A stretch of DNA of 55,411 nucleotides from Crenarchaeota archaeon 13_1_40CM_3_52_10. GTDB lineage: Archaea; Thermoproteota; Bathyarchaeia; 40CM-2-53-6. How positions within the stretch are numbered: the stretch's first letter is position 1; the number at the start of each line of letters is the position of its first letter. The position numbers were made by a program, and so were the translations under genes. The stretch covers positions 1 to 55,411 of the forward strand of contig MNGO01000004.1 in NCBI GenBank assembly GCA_001918765.1, in the 5' to 3' direction. Under the pieces are notes generated by a model. The model did no database searches and had not been told where the DNA came from. It worked only from the letters and a program-made list of their open reading frames with translations. Positions 29,473 to 39,469 of the stretch are shown in pieces.

Positions 29473-29994
29473 CTAGCTGAGTTTCTTTGGATCGAACTTG
29501 TTGCCGAACTTGTCGATGAAAGCTAGTTCCGAAAGCGGCATACGATTCTTCTTCCCAACTATCTTTTTGACGGGATAGCCAAAACCCACAACCATGGTGG
29601 GCTTGATATCGGCCGGGAAACCGAAATCCTTCCGCATGGCCTCTTCCTTGATTCCCGTAAAGACTCCAGAGATTACTCCAGTGTTCCAAGCAGAAAGTTG
29701 CATTTGTTGTACTGCGCGTCCGGTGTCGATCAGGTGGAACCCTATTTTGGGGTCTGTCAGGACGATGACTGCAAAGTCTGCTCCCGCGACCCAAGGTCCA
29801 CTGGTACTGTCCTCTGCGAGCTTCTTGATCGATTCCTTGCTCTGGAGGAGTATGAATCTCAAGTGTTGCTTGTTATTTCCCGTTTGAGCGGCTCGGGCCG
29901 CTTCGAATACTTTCAGTTTCACGTCGGATGGGACCTTCTTCGGGCTGAACTGTCTAACGTCCAGCTTTGTCAGGATTGCTTGATGAGTATCCAT
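29473..29994 (-). CDS. Nitroreductase family protein
   Basis: AIL...VRQF, AA...N.Q..RFI, DTG.A...L.A, GFGYP. Confidence 0.9.
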   Translation of the reverse strand: MDTHQAILTKLDVRQFSPKKVPSDVKLKVFEAARAAQTGNNKQHLRFILLQSKESIKKLAEDSTSGPWVAGADFAVIVLTDPKIGFHLIDTGRAVQQMQLSAWNTGVISGVFTGIKEEAMRKDFGFPADIKPTMVVGFGYPVKKIVGKKNRMPLSELAFIDKFGNKFDPKKLS

Positions 29995-30083
29995 TTCTCT
30001 CAGTGTGTATCCAGGAATAGGCCTAAGTTAAAAAATGTCTCCTTGAACGCTCAGATTGGATAGAGGTTTCCGAGGATACAGTC

Positions 30084-31184
30084 ATGGTTGACCAGGTCAC
30101 TGTTCAGAAACAGGTGGTTGTCCAAGAAGCGAAACTGAAGGACTTTTGTAACAAAGTGTGGATGAAGCTCGGCGTTCCGGCTCAAGACGCTAGAATAACC
30201 ACGGATGTACTGGTTCTAGCTGATCTTCGCGGGATCGAGTCCCATGGTGTCGCCCGTCTTCCTCGATACTATACTGACCTGAAGAATGGCTGGACCAAGC
30301 CTACCGACCAAAGCAAGATTGTGAAAGAGACCAAGGCGACAGCGATGATTGACGGGGCTCAGAGTCTGGGTCAGGTGGTTGGGCATAAGGCAATGGAATT
30401 GGCGATCAAGAAAGCCAAAGAGACCGCCGTCGGAATTGTTTCTGTCCAAAATTCTCACCACTACGGAATAGCGGGTTACTACAGTCTGATGACCTTGGAA
30501 CACGATTTGATCGGTATGAGCATGACCAATGCCGCTCCACTAGTGGTTCCTACTTTCGGTAGAAACGCAATTCTCGGTACAAACCCGATTAGCATGACTG
30601 CACCTGCTGGAAAGGAGAAGGCATTCGTGCTGGACATGGCAACCTCTGTGGTCCCGCGTGGGAAGCTTGAGGTCTACGACCGTCAAGGGAAGAAAGTGCC
30701 TCTGGGATGGGCGGTAGACAAAACGGGAAGAGGGACGGACGACGCGCATGCAGTTCTCGACGCTTTGTCCAAGAGATTGGGCGGCGGGATTCTACCCCTA
30801 GGCGGCGAAGGAGAAGAGCACTCTGGCCACAAAGGGTATGGTCTGGCCTTGATGGTGGACGTTCTGAGCGGGGTCTTGAGCGGTGCGGCAACGGGTCTCG
30901 GTGTCGATGTCAACAAGGAAAAACCGAACGTCGGCCACTTCTTCATGGCCTTGGATCCAGCGGCGTTTCGACCATTGGACGAGTTCAAGAAAGACATGGA
31001 CCGGCTGGCTCGAGAGTTGAAGGACTCGCCAAAAGCGGAGGGACAATCGCGAATCTACGTTCACGGAGAGAAGAGCTATGCAAGGATGGAAAAGTTCCGG
31101 AGAGAGGGTATCCCATTGGGTCCCAAGGTTGTAGAAGCCATGAAACAAGTGGGGACGGAGATAGGCGTTCCCTGGCTTGGCTAG
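30084..31184 (+). CDS. Ldh_2 family (malate/L-lactate/sulfolactate-type) oxidoreductase
   Basis: ADLRGIESHG, SHHYG, GTNPI, DMATS, HKGYGL. Confidence 0.93.
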   Translation: MVDQVTVQKQVVVQEAKLKDFCNKVWMKLGVPAQDARITTDVLVLADLRGIESHGVARLPRYYTDLKNGWTKPTDQSKIVKETKATAMIDGAQSLGQVVGHKAMELAIKKAKETAVGIVSVQNSHHYGIAGYYSLMTLEHDLIGMSMTNAAPLVVPTFGRNAILGTNPISMTAPAGKEKAFVLDMATSVVPRGKLEVYDRQGKKVPLGWAVDKTGRGTDDAHAVLDALSKRLGGGILPLGGEGEEHSGHKGYGLALMVDVLSGVLSGAATGLGVDVNKEKPNVGHFFMALDPAAFRPLDEFKKDMDRLARELKDSPKAEGQSRIYVHGEKSYARMEKFRREGIPLGPKVVEAMKQVGTEIGVPWLG

Positions 31185-31589
31185 TTTCGGCCCTTCGGGA
31201 CTTTTTCAGCGGAGAAGAGTAGTCACATTCCTCAATTACAGATGTGTGATGCTTTCTAGAAAGCCAGAAGTTTTGGATCAGAACTCACCATGACGATGAC
31301 CTGGGCAAGCAAGGGCCCAGGGAGAGCGAGAGGGCCAAATGCCTTGTCGGCTTTCAAAATGAATATCGACGATTCGATTAATAAGCGAATCGGGACCGTC
31401 GCCCAAAAGAGAACTAGGACTTCCATTCCTAACCAACTACTCCGGACGCTTTTCGACCTCATGCCGAGAACGAAGAACTCCTTGGTAGGAGGGTCGCAGG
31501 TGTTGGAAGGTATATCCTCGAAGGTCAATCTTCGGTTAAACAGGGCTTAAGAGGTATTTCCCCCAATTCTTAATTGTGGTCGTCGAAAA

Positions 31590-31802
31590 ATGAGGAAACT
31601 AATGGTCCTCTTTGGGACAGTATTCGTCCTGCTTGGAATTGTGGCTGAGAGCTTGTACATCTCTAGCGCGAAGATCGTCTATAGTGGAGCAACGATCTCC
31701 GCTAATGGGTTCATGATCTCGGGGCTTTTCCTTATCGTTTTGGGACTACTCCTGACTCTCTCTGGAGCGAGAATCTCCAAGATCCGAATTCCGCATGCCT
31801 AA
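31590..31802 (+). CDS. Small 2-TM membrane protein
   Basis: 70 aa, two hydrophobic helices, ATG start after an AT-rich stretch. Confidence 0.65.
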   Translation: MRKLMVLFGTVFVLLGIVAESLYISSAKIVYSGATISANGFMISGLFLIVLGLLLTLSGARISKIRIPHA

Positions 31803-31869
31803 TTGCAGATCGCGGATTCGACTCCTGGATTGAGAGCCCACAGTAGTCTCTGCACTTTTCAGTACAGTT

Positions 31870-32457
31870 TCAGACTTTGGTTACGACGCCGGGGTCGATT
31901 TTGACTGGCCGATGTCCTGATACCCCGTGAGCAATGTCTCGAACTCCGACCGCTACCAACACAATCGCCATTATGATTGCAAGGCCGAATTGTCCCAAGG
32001 ACGAGTCCAAGACCAAGAACACCGAGAGGATCACCGTCAATACCCCCACTACGCCAATCAGACCTCGGACCCAAACGGGTGGGTGCTTTGCAAAGCCGGC
32101 TGCTACGATCTCCACAATCCCGACAACAAGTACGGCGAAAGCCACCAACAAAGTGAGGAACCCGATTGCAAGTTGTGGGTCTATTATCACAACAGAACCG
32201 AGTACCAGAGCGATTATTCCACCTCCTGCGTTGACTTCTCGGAACCAGGGGGCGAAATATCGTCCATATACGCTGGCAAAGATTCGTGATACACCAAGGA
32301 TGAAGAGCCCGATCCCAAGTGCATATGCGAGGATGTAGAGGGCAAATCCTGAGTCAGCCAATACGAAAAATGCGACAACAAGAACTAACACTCCCGCAAG
32401 AACCTCTAGGAGACGCAGCCAACTAGGGCTTCTTTTCTCTATCAACTTTAATCTCAA
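31870..32457 (-). CDS. HdeD/DUF308 family membrane protein
   Basis: Six TM helices in three repeated hairpins rich in G/I/V. Confidence 0.8.
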   Translation of the reverse strand: MRLKLIEKRSPSWLRLLEVLAGVLVLVVAFFVLADSGFALYILAYALGIGLFILGVSRIFASVYGRYFAPWFREVNAGGGIIALVLGSVVIIDPQLAIGFLTLLVAFAVLVVGIVEIVAAGFAKHPPVWVRGLIGVVGVLTVILSVFLVLDSSLGQFGLAIIMAIVLVAVGVRDIAHGVSGHRPVKIDPGVVTKV

Positions 32458-32517
32458 GCGATGTCGTTGGCTCGGTATTTAGTAGCTTTCCTTTGAATTG
32501 TAACAACCTAGGAGGAA

Positions 32518-33517
32518 TTAGACTCCGAAGAGACGTATGAGGTAGGCGGCCAAGACTGTGGCAACGAGCGGAGCGCCCAGGATCCCTGTCAGGCGAGCAA
32601 CCGTGCCAATGTCAAATGGGCCACTCGTGAATTTGGTGAATCTCCCGTTTGATGGCATCAATCGCCAATAGTTCATTCACAAGTCCTTCACTCAACGGCT
32701 GTTCACCTGCAACCTCGACCTCAGCCATCACACGACTGTGTCGAAGCCCGATCAAGGCAGACTTCTCGGACCTAACCTCGCTCATCTTCTTGTGAAGCCC
32801 GAAGAGTGGAACGAGGAAGAAGAATAGGCCCGGTACCAGGAATATCGTCAAACTTAGCTCTACGGCGAAGCTTGGGTAAAGAAAGATCGGGAATGTCAGC
32901 AGTATTGCTACCACATAGATCGTTGTCAGATGCAGAGATGTAGTAGCGAAGGGCTTGAGACCCAGTGTCCTATCATCGGTGAAGACCTTCAGCCGCAAGG
33001 GACGCCGTCCCATTCTGTAGATAGCCACCATTGATGAGAGGAAGACCCAGAGAAAGGTCGCCTGGAGCAGGCGCATGTAGCTGTAGAGTAACTCTCTCAA
33101 CAAGTCTTGAAACAAGGAATATCCTGGGTTGAAGACGGGTTCCAGCACCAACACCCCTGCTGCCAGGAGCACGACCCAGGTCACTACAACAGCGCGAAAG
33201 TCGTTGAGATAGCTTGTCTCAATTCGCGATTTGTCAGCTCCAATCGACACTGCGTATTGCTCAAGTTCCTCGATACGGCGCCGAATGTAGCGAGATGAGA
33301 ATAAGATGTAGATGGTGTTAGCTAGTAGCAGTGGGACACCGAGGGAAATACCGCCGGTGAAGTCTGTCTTTACACCATAACTGTAGTATCCCAACGATGT
33401 CAGGATTAGAGGCGGGAGAAAGCCTAGAACGAGCACTCCTGCCCAAAAGGGTAGACCAACGCGGGCGTAGAGACGTTCAAACCAGAGCTTGGATGAAGCA
33501 TCCAGCGTAGAAATCAA
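32518..33517 (-). pseudogene. Multi-TM membrane protein with a +1 frameshift near its C-terminus
   Basis: ORF ends HEWPI* at 32612; the +1 frame continues FDIGTVARLTGILGAPLVATVLAAYLIRLFGV* (a further TM) to 32518. Confidence 0.7.
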
Positions 33518-33533
33518 TCTGTGTTACTTCATC

Positions 33534-35099
33534 CTAGTTACTTTGAGAGCTGGACCAGTCGTCCAACGTGCGTTTGGTCCTCGACGGGGATTTCGCTCCT
33601 TTCTTCTTGACAATCTGTAGGAAACGGTGCATTTGTTGCTCTCTCTTCTGGCTCGTCCAATAGTAAGCCTCGTCGATCGTTCCTTCTGACATGAGGACTG
33701 TCATCTTTCCCTGCCGTGTCCTGCCTGTACGGCCTCTACGCTGTATCAGGCGGATCTCGGACGGCACGGCCTCGTAGAATATGACGTGATCCACGTCTGG
33801 GACGTGCAGTCCCTCTTCACCAATGCTAGTTGTAACGAGTAGATTGTGGCGTCCTTGGCGAAAGTCTTCTAGAATACTCATCTGCTCGCTCTGACTCAGA
33901 CCCACGTCGTCCGTGTCGCGAGTCGCCTGACCGACAAAGCGGACGGCAGAGACACCATCAAGCTTGTTCAATCTCTCGACAAGTGTCTCGACAGTATCTC
34001 TATACTGAGTGAAGACTATGATCTTCGAATCCTTGTTCGACCTAATCTCCCCCTCGACTAGCTCTCGAAGTTTCTTCTGCTTCGGATGTTCTCTCTCCTC
34101 CATCGAAAATGCGAGCTTTCTAGCCTCTAGAATTTTCGGGTCCCTCGAGAGGCTCTTGCCTGACTTGCTGCTCGCCGCTTCGAGCTTCGCAAGGTATCTA
34201 GTGAGATTGTGCAAACCCTGTGTTTCTAGAACATCGATTGCATGACTCAGCGACATCGCCTGGGCTTGCAAGACTACCGCTCCATACAAAGCTCCGGAGC
34301 CTCCTCTTCTCAGATTCTTTCGAAGCTTCTCCCCGAGTTCCAGTAGCATCCGTTTGTTCGCCCTGACACCAGTTGGCAGCTGGTGCATGGCCCTGAGCTT
34401 CTCCGTCCTCTCTTCCATCGCGGCTCGAAGAATCTTGCTGATGTCCTTGTAAGCTGGCGGAAGTGGGACGCGTTCCCAGTTTATCGTCACGTCGTTAACG
34501 TATTGAACAACATCCTCATCTTCCTCGGTTCTCATCTCAACGTTGGTGATGGCGAGCTTGTCGCAGATCTCTTGGACCCGCTCCTTTCGAGCGCTCGGTG
34601 AGGCGGTTAGCCCGAGTATCAACGGGTTCGATGCCTGGCGCTTGTAATTCTCAGCTACCTCGGAGTAGGCATAGTCTCGGACGCACCTGTGCGCTTCGTC
34701 AAAGACGATCAGACAGACCCTGTTCAGCGAATACCGTTCGCTCAGGACATCGTTCCTTATCACTTCAGGAGTCGCAAAGATAAGCTGGGATTCTTCGAAA
34801 TCCGCGACTCTCATAGAGGGCGGAGACTCCCCCGTCAACACTGAAGATCTGACGGTCTTGTCAGGATAGTGTTCTTTGAAGAACTCGGCGTGTTGGAGAA
34901 CCAACGGTTTTGTCGGGGCAAGGATAACGATTTTGCCGTTCTGTATTTCCGAAAAACGCTTTAGGGCCACTAGTAACGCGATTATGGTCTTGCCTAGACC
35001 AGTCGGCAGAACGACCAGCGTGTTGGCTTTGGCCGCGGACTCAGCAATCGTCCTTTGATACTCCCGTGCCTCTAGGCCTAATGGCTCAGTGACCTGCAG
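33534..35099 (-). CDS. Hef/FANCM-type (ERCC4-related) DEAH helicase, helicase domain only
   Basis: In-frame extension upstream of 34970 gives REYQ..NTLVVLPTGLGKT; then DEAH, TAS, QRRGRTGR; start must be CTG 35099 or ATT 35120. Confidence 0.92.
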   Translation of the reverse strand: MQVTEPLGLEAREYQRTIAESAAKANTLVVLPTGLGKTIIALLVALKRFSEIQNGKIVILAPTKPLVLQHAEFFKEHYPDKTVRSSVLTGESPPSMRVADFEESQLIFATPEVIRNDVLSERYSLNRVCLIVFDEAHRCVRDYAYSEVAENYKRQASNPLILGLTASPSARKERVQEICDKLAITNVEMRTEEDEDVVQYVNDVTINWERVPLPPAYKDISKILRAAMEERTEKLRAMHQLPTGVRANKRMLLELGEKLRKNLRRGGSGALYGAVVLQAQAMSLSHAIDVLETQGLHNLTRYLAKLEAASSKSGKSLSRDPKILEARKLAFSMEEREHPKQKKLRELVEGEIRSNKDSKIIVFTQYRDTVETLVERLNKLDGVSAVRFVGQATRDTDDVGLSQSEQMSILEDFRQGRHNLLVTTSIGEEGLHVPDVDHVIFYEAVPSEIRLIQRRGRTGRTRQGKMTVLMSEGTIDEAYYWTSQKREQQMHRFLQIVKKKGAKSPSRTKRTLDDWSSSQSN

Positions 35100-35120
35100 T
35101 TTGCCCTTGCGCCTTCTAAT

Positions 35121-35747
35121 CTAAGGAGAAGGCGGGAGGGGGTTTAAGGGTGTGCGCCTGATTTCCTGGATGTGTTTCCTGCCAAACGTAAGCAGGAGAA
35201 GAGAGGCTGAAACCCATGCAACGAGGGCCGCGTTCACGAACATTGCTCGCAATGGTCTGCCGAAGTAGAGAAAACCCAGCATGGCTAGAACCACCGCAAA
35301 GATACTGAGAGTCTGATACCGATCCAAAAATTCAAAATCTCTTCGTCCAACGGTCCAGAGCTTGTAAATGGTCCCGAGATACAATGCAAGTCCGACGATA
35401 GCGAGCGTTGCTAGGGAAGCAATGGCCCAGTAAGGCACGCCGAGGATCAGGAGACCAACTTCATCAGCGATAAGACCAATCCCGGCCCCAAAAACTAGGG
35501 CGGTGTCCCATCTGGTCCGGATATCGGTCGCAAAAACCATGATGGTTGAAGACGCTAACAACAATAAGACTCCATAGTAGAGATGATGGATGTGAAATCC
35601 CTGAACCCTGATGACAGGACATGATTGAGTGCATCTTGCCTCGACCGCGACGAATAGTCTCGCCACCATAACGGCCATGGTGAACCCTACAGCAGCAAAT
35701 AGGAATCCTACTGGCCCTAGTAGTGGCGCGCCCTTTGGCCGGCTCAA
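35121..35747 (-). CDS. Integral membrane protein with a HIHH motif
   Basis: ~6 TM; GFHIHHLYYG and FGAGIGLIADE. Confidence 0.8.
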   Translation of the reverse strand: MSRPKGAPLLGPVGFLFAAVGFTMAVMVARLFVAVEARCTQSCPVIRVQGFHIHHLYYGVLLLLASSTIMVFATDIRTRWDTALVFGAGIGLIADEVGLLILGVPYWAIASLATLAIVGLALYLGTIYKLWTVGRRDFEFLDRYQTLSIFAVVLAMLGFLYFGRPLRAMFVNAALVAWVSASLLLLTFGRKHIQEIRRTPLNPLPPSP

Positions 35748-35896
35748 CCTGACCTAGTCCTCACTAGTCCGCCTTCTTTAGTCTATCCCGGTCTTTTGTG
35801 ATTTCGGACATGGCTTTTAAGAAAAATCCTCAATTACAACTTTGCACGGTTAGTGAGGATGGAAGACTGGCCCCGAGCTATTCATACTGGTAACGA

Positions 35897-37459
35897 GTGA
35901 GCAGTACCGAGGAACTTGTCATGGCATGGAAAGAGTTGAGGCACAACGGTGTGGCGTTTCCGCCCCCCTACGAGCCTAGGAAACTCTCGATCCGAATCCA
36001 TGGCACCATTGTTCGACTCTCTCCTGAGGCTGAAGAGTTAGCCTACGCGTGGGGAAAGAAGCGAACCACACCCTACATCCAGGACCCTGTTTTCCAGACA
36101 AACTTTCTCTCAGATTTTCTCAAGCTTCTGCCCGCAAACTTTGCGAATACAAAGTATTCCGACATCGACTTCACACCCGTCTACGAGTATCAGGCGAAGG
36201 AGGAGATGCAAAGGCTGGACCTTGACTTCAAGAAAAAAATGGCAGCTCAGCGAAAACAGCTTCGCCTATCTCTCAAGGAAAAGTATGGTTTCGCAGAGAT
36301 TGATGGGGTCAAGACCGAGATCGCCAACTGGATGGTAGAGCCCCCCAGCCTTTTCATGGGCAGAGGCAGCCACCCGATGAGGGGGCGTTGGAAACCGAGG
36401 GTCCATCCCCAGGATGTTGTTCTAAACCTATCCGAGAGCGTCGAAATTCCTCCAGGAAACTGGAAGGAGATTGTTCACGATCACGACTCCATCTGGATTG
36501 CCCATTGGGTGGACAAGCTCAGCAACGTTCGCAAGTACGTCTGGCCGAGCGACATTTCTGACCTTCGTCAAGAGCGGGACAAGCTCAAGTATGATGCCGC
36601 TCGGAAACTGCAACGCCGCCTACCAGAAGTTCAGCAATTCATCGACAAGAATCTTCTTTCTCCTGACCTGAAGATGCGCAAGCTCGCGACAGTCTCCTAT
36701 CTCATAGACCATCTGGCTATGAGAGTGGGAGATGAGAAGGAAGAAGATGAAGCAGACACGGTAGGCGCTTCAACCCTCAGAGTCGAACACGTCAAATTCC
36801 TTCCACACGGGATCGAGTTCGATTTTCTGGGAAAAGACAGCGTCCGTTGGGAGAAGACCCTGAAGGTAGATGGAACGAACACGCCTATTCGCAAGAACCT
36901 CCAAGAGTTCACACAGGGAAAGAAGGCCGAGGATCTCGTCTTTGACGGAATAACATCTCAGCACGTGAACCGTTTCCTCAACAAAGCGATGAGAGGCCTA
37001 ACGGCCAAAGTGTTCAGAACTCACCACGCGACAGAGACAGTTCAGACCTATCTACGAAGACACAACAGCTTCAAGTCTGAGGAGTCGCCGTATGTGAAGT
37101 TGCATCACGCCCGCGTTGCGAATCTCGAGGCGGCGATCAGGTGCAACCACAAACGGACCCCGTCGAAAACCTGGGAGGGAAGCCTCCTCAAAAAGCAACA
37201 ACGATTGGACGAACTGAAGACGAAGAGGGTAGACACGGATAAGCAGAAGATGAGACTGGAAGAACGTATTCGGAAACTGAAGCTCGACGTAGATCTTCAG
37301 AAGCGGACTCGCGATTACAATCTAGGAACGTCTCTTAGAAACTACATTGACCCAAGGGTCTACAAGAACTGGGCGAACAAAGCCGAATATGACTGGAAGG
37401 GCATCTACCCCAAAACTCTGCAACGAAAGTTTCTCTGGGCATCGAGAGCCAAAGCCTGA
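35897..37459 (+). CDS. top1: Eukaryote-type DNA topoisomerase IB
   Basis: LRHNGV, EPPSLFMGRG.HP..G, MRVG, FLGKD, KVFRT, CNH, LGTSLRNYIDP (catalytic R-K-R-H-Y). Confidence 0.97.
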   Translation: MSSTEELVMAWKELRHNGVAFPPPYEPRKLSIRIHGTIVRLSPEAEELAYAWGKKRTTPYIQDPVFQTNFLSDFLKLLPANFANTKYSDIDFTPVYEYQAKEEMQRLDLDFKKKMAAQRKQLRLSLKEKYGFAEIDGVKTEIANWMVEPPSLFMGRGSHPMRGRWKPRVHPQDVVLNLSESVEIPPGNWKEIVHDHDSIWIAHWVDKLSNVRKYVWPSDISDLRQERDKLKYDAARKLQRRLPEVQQFIDKNLLSPDLKMRKLATVSYLIDHLAMRVGDEKEEDEADTVGASTLRVEHVKFLPHGIEFDFLGKDSVRWEKTLKVDGTNTPIRKNLQEFTQGKKAEDLVFDGITSQHVNRFLNKAMRGLTAKVFRTHHATETVQTYLRRHNSFKSEESPYVKLHHARVANLEAAIRCNHKRTPSKTWEGSLLKKQQRLDELKTKRVDTDKQKMRLEERIRKLKLDVDLQKRTRDYNLGTSLRNYIDPRVYKNWANKAEYDWKGIYPKTLQRKFLWASRAKA

Positions 37460-37464
37460 CTTGT

Positions 37465-38274
37465 CTATCGCGATTTCTTGGGACCTTTGAGCCAGCCTCC
37501 GATACCAAGCTCCTTAGGCTTGCTACCTGCGTCGATCGTAACCGAGCCGTCATTGTGAAGTTGAAGTCTTCGCCATCTGTTGTCGCTTGACATTCCGCGT
37601 AGAGTTCTTACTCTTGCAAAGTGCTCAACCTGTCCTCCCTCATCGCTACTCCGGAATTCGATAATGCCATCGCAGAGTGATTCGAACTGTTTGTAGAAAG
37701 AGTCAGATGCGATCCCCATCATCAGCGAGTGGAACATCGCGAGACCCCTGACCCTCGCGTAGGGAATGATCCTCGTTCTCCAAATGTCGATCATCAGCTT
37801 CTCGTCAGTGTAGTGACACATCACCGAAGTGTTGTCATCAATGTGCAGCCACTGTTTCTCGTCTTCAGCAACTCCCTCCTGGAGCATGGTGACAACTTTG
37901 CTACTCCAGTGATTGAGATCGAAGGACTGGTGTTCGTAGGCTTCGCGTCCCTTCGCTCGCATGCCTTCCGGCGTTTCAGGGTGCGCCAGCCCAGTCATCA
38001 CGTCATAGGTATCCAGTATTCTGAGATGGTCCTTCTGCTCCAGCTCTTTCACCTTCAATCCGAGTTTAGTTAGGGAGTCTCTGACTTCGTGCGGGGGATG
38101 CATGTAGGTATGGTACTCCGTGCGAGCCCCGTTTCTCAACGCGCTAGCGGCTATCGTCAGCGACGTTTCATACCACGGAGAGTCTGGACCGAACTCTACG
38201 AGATAGCTAGCTCCGAATCTGATTCCATTGGGAACGAGATCCTCAAGGATTGCTAGGGCCAGGGTCCGTTCCAA
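37465..38274 (-). CDS. KaiC/RAD55-like RecA-fold protein with a degenerate P-loop
   Basis: LVPNGI..G..YLVEFGPDSPWY at the Walker A position; LCDGIIEF, RVRTLRG arginine-finger region. Confidence 0.8.
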   Translation of the reverse strand: MERTLALAILEDLVPNGIRFGASYLVEFGPDSPWYETSLTIAASALRNGARTEYHTYMHPPHEVRDSLTKLGLKVKELEQKDHLRILDTYDVMTGLAHPETPEGMRAKGREAYEHQSFDLNHWSSKVVTMLQEGVAEDEKQWLHIDDNTSVMCHYTDEKLMIDIWRTRIIPYARVRGLAMFHSLMMGIASDSFYKQFESLCDGIIEFRSSDEGGQVEHFARVRTLRGMSSDNRWRRLQLHNDGSVTIDAGSKPKELGIGGWLKGPKKSR

Positions 38275-38792
38275 GGTCGGGGTTTCACGCTCGATGAGCT
38301 TCCTGTTTCGCTAACACTTATGGTTAAAGCTGAACTAGCTCCAACCGCAAGCAATCGAAACAATACCACAGTCAAGTCATGACAATTGAGACTGAATGAC
38401 CTTGCCAAAAGTTATGGGTGAACTGTGATAGGTACTACTGAGTATTCTTCGGCCCCTACCCAGTTTGGCTTGCGCCGAAATTGGCACTGGCAAGCCAATA
38501 TGCCTGAGTTGTCCTCAATGCGGGCTAAGACTCGAGTTCGAAACTGGATTGCGTCACAGCGAATGGTCAGTTACGTGTGACTCAATTAGAGCGTCATGAG
38601 GCATCGCGTCAGAACGCCATGCCTGGCGCTTGTGTTGGATTATTTTCTCCAAATCAAGTCTGGGAGAGGTTCGATGCTCGATCCTTTGGCCTCGGACACG
38701 CTTAATCTATGGCGTGAGCAGGAAACATCGCATGGCTCAAGCCCCTCAGTTCGACGAGGAAATAGAGATTCTCAATACGACGGTTTTTGGCA

Positions 38793-39329
38793 ATGAGTGA
38801 GACCGAGAAACTGATAAAGGCTAATGAAGACCTAGCAAGGTCAGGACCGCTGTTTCCAGTACTGTTTCCAAACGTACTTTTTCCAGCTCGATTGCAAGGG
38901 CCCGAATCATCATCAGGAGGAGGCCTAGCCATCCTCACGTGCATGGACCCTCGAGTCCGCCTGGATTTCATACCGGGATTTGAAAGGGTAACCAGCATCA
39001 TCAGAAACGCTGGCGGCATCGTAACAGATGACGTTGTTCGTTCCCTCATGGTGTCCAACGAAGTCTTGGGCGTGAAGGAATTTTTGATAATTAACCATAC
39101 TGACTGTGCGATGCTCAAGTTCAAGGACTTGGAACTTCAGGGAAGACTTGAGAAAAAGTACGGAAGAGAGGCAGGCCTCATGAAGTTCTACACCTTCTCT
39201 AGTCTAGAACAGAACATCAAAGACCAAGTCCAGAAAGTCAAAAACCATCCCATAGTCCCGAAAGACATTACAGTTTCCGGCCTCATCTATGACGTAGAAA
39301 CCCGAAAGCTCAGCAGGCCCGGCACCTAG
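38793..39329 (+). CDS. Beta-class carbonic anhydrase (clade D-like)
   Basis: LTCMDPR, RNAGG, HTDC, GLIYDV. Confidence 0.92.
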   Translation: MSETEKLIKANEDLARSGPLFPVLFPNVLFPARLQGPESSSGGGLAILTCMDPRVRLDFIPGFERVTSIIRNAGGIVTDDVVRSLMVSNEVLGVKEFLIINHTDCAMLKFKDLELQGRLEKKYGREAGLMKFYTFSSLEQNIKDQVQKVKNHPIVPKDITVSGLIYDVETRKLSRPGT

Positions 39330-39469
39330 CCAGTGAGTGCTCTCGTGGTGCCATTCTTCGACCAACTAACCTTGGGACCAAAATGACGCAAACAATTGGG
39401 AGCCCAAGAAATTACGAAGACCTCAAGCGGTCAAATACGCTCAATAAAGTAAGGAAGAAGCCACCACAG

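Noticed and set aside
31256..31550. Opposing 86-90 aa ORFs
   Set aside because: No recognisable motifs; could be a relic, cannot be supported.
35121..35123. Amber readthrough (pyrrolysine) fusing the membrane protein to the helicase
   Set aside because: No pyl genes in the window, TAG is a common real stop here, and a CTG/ATT start is simpler.
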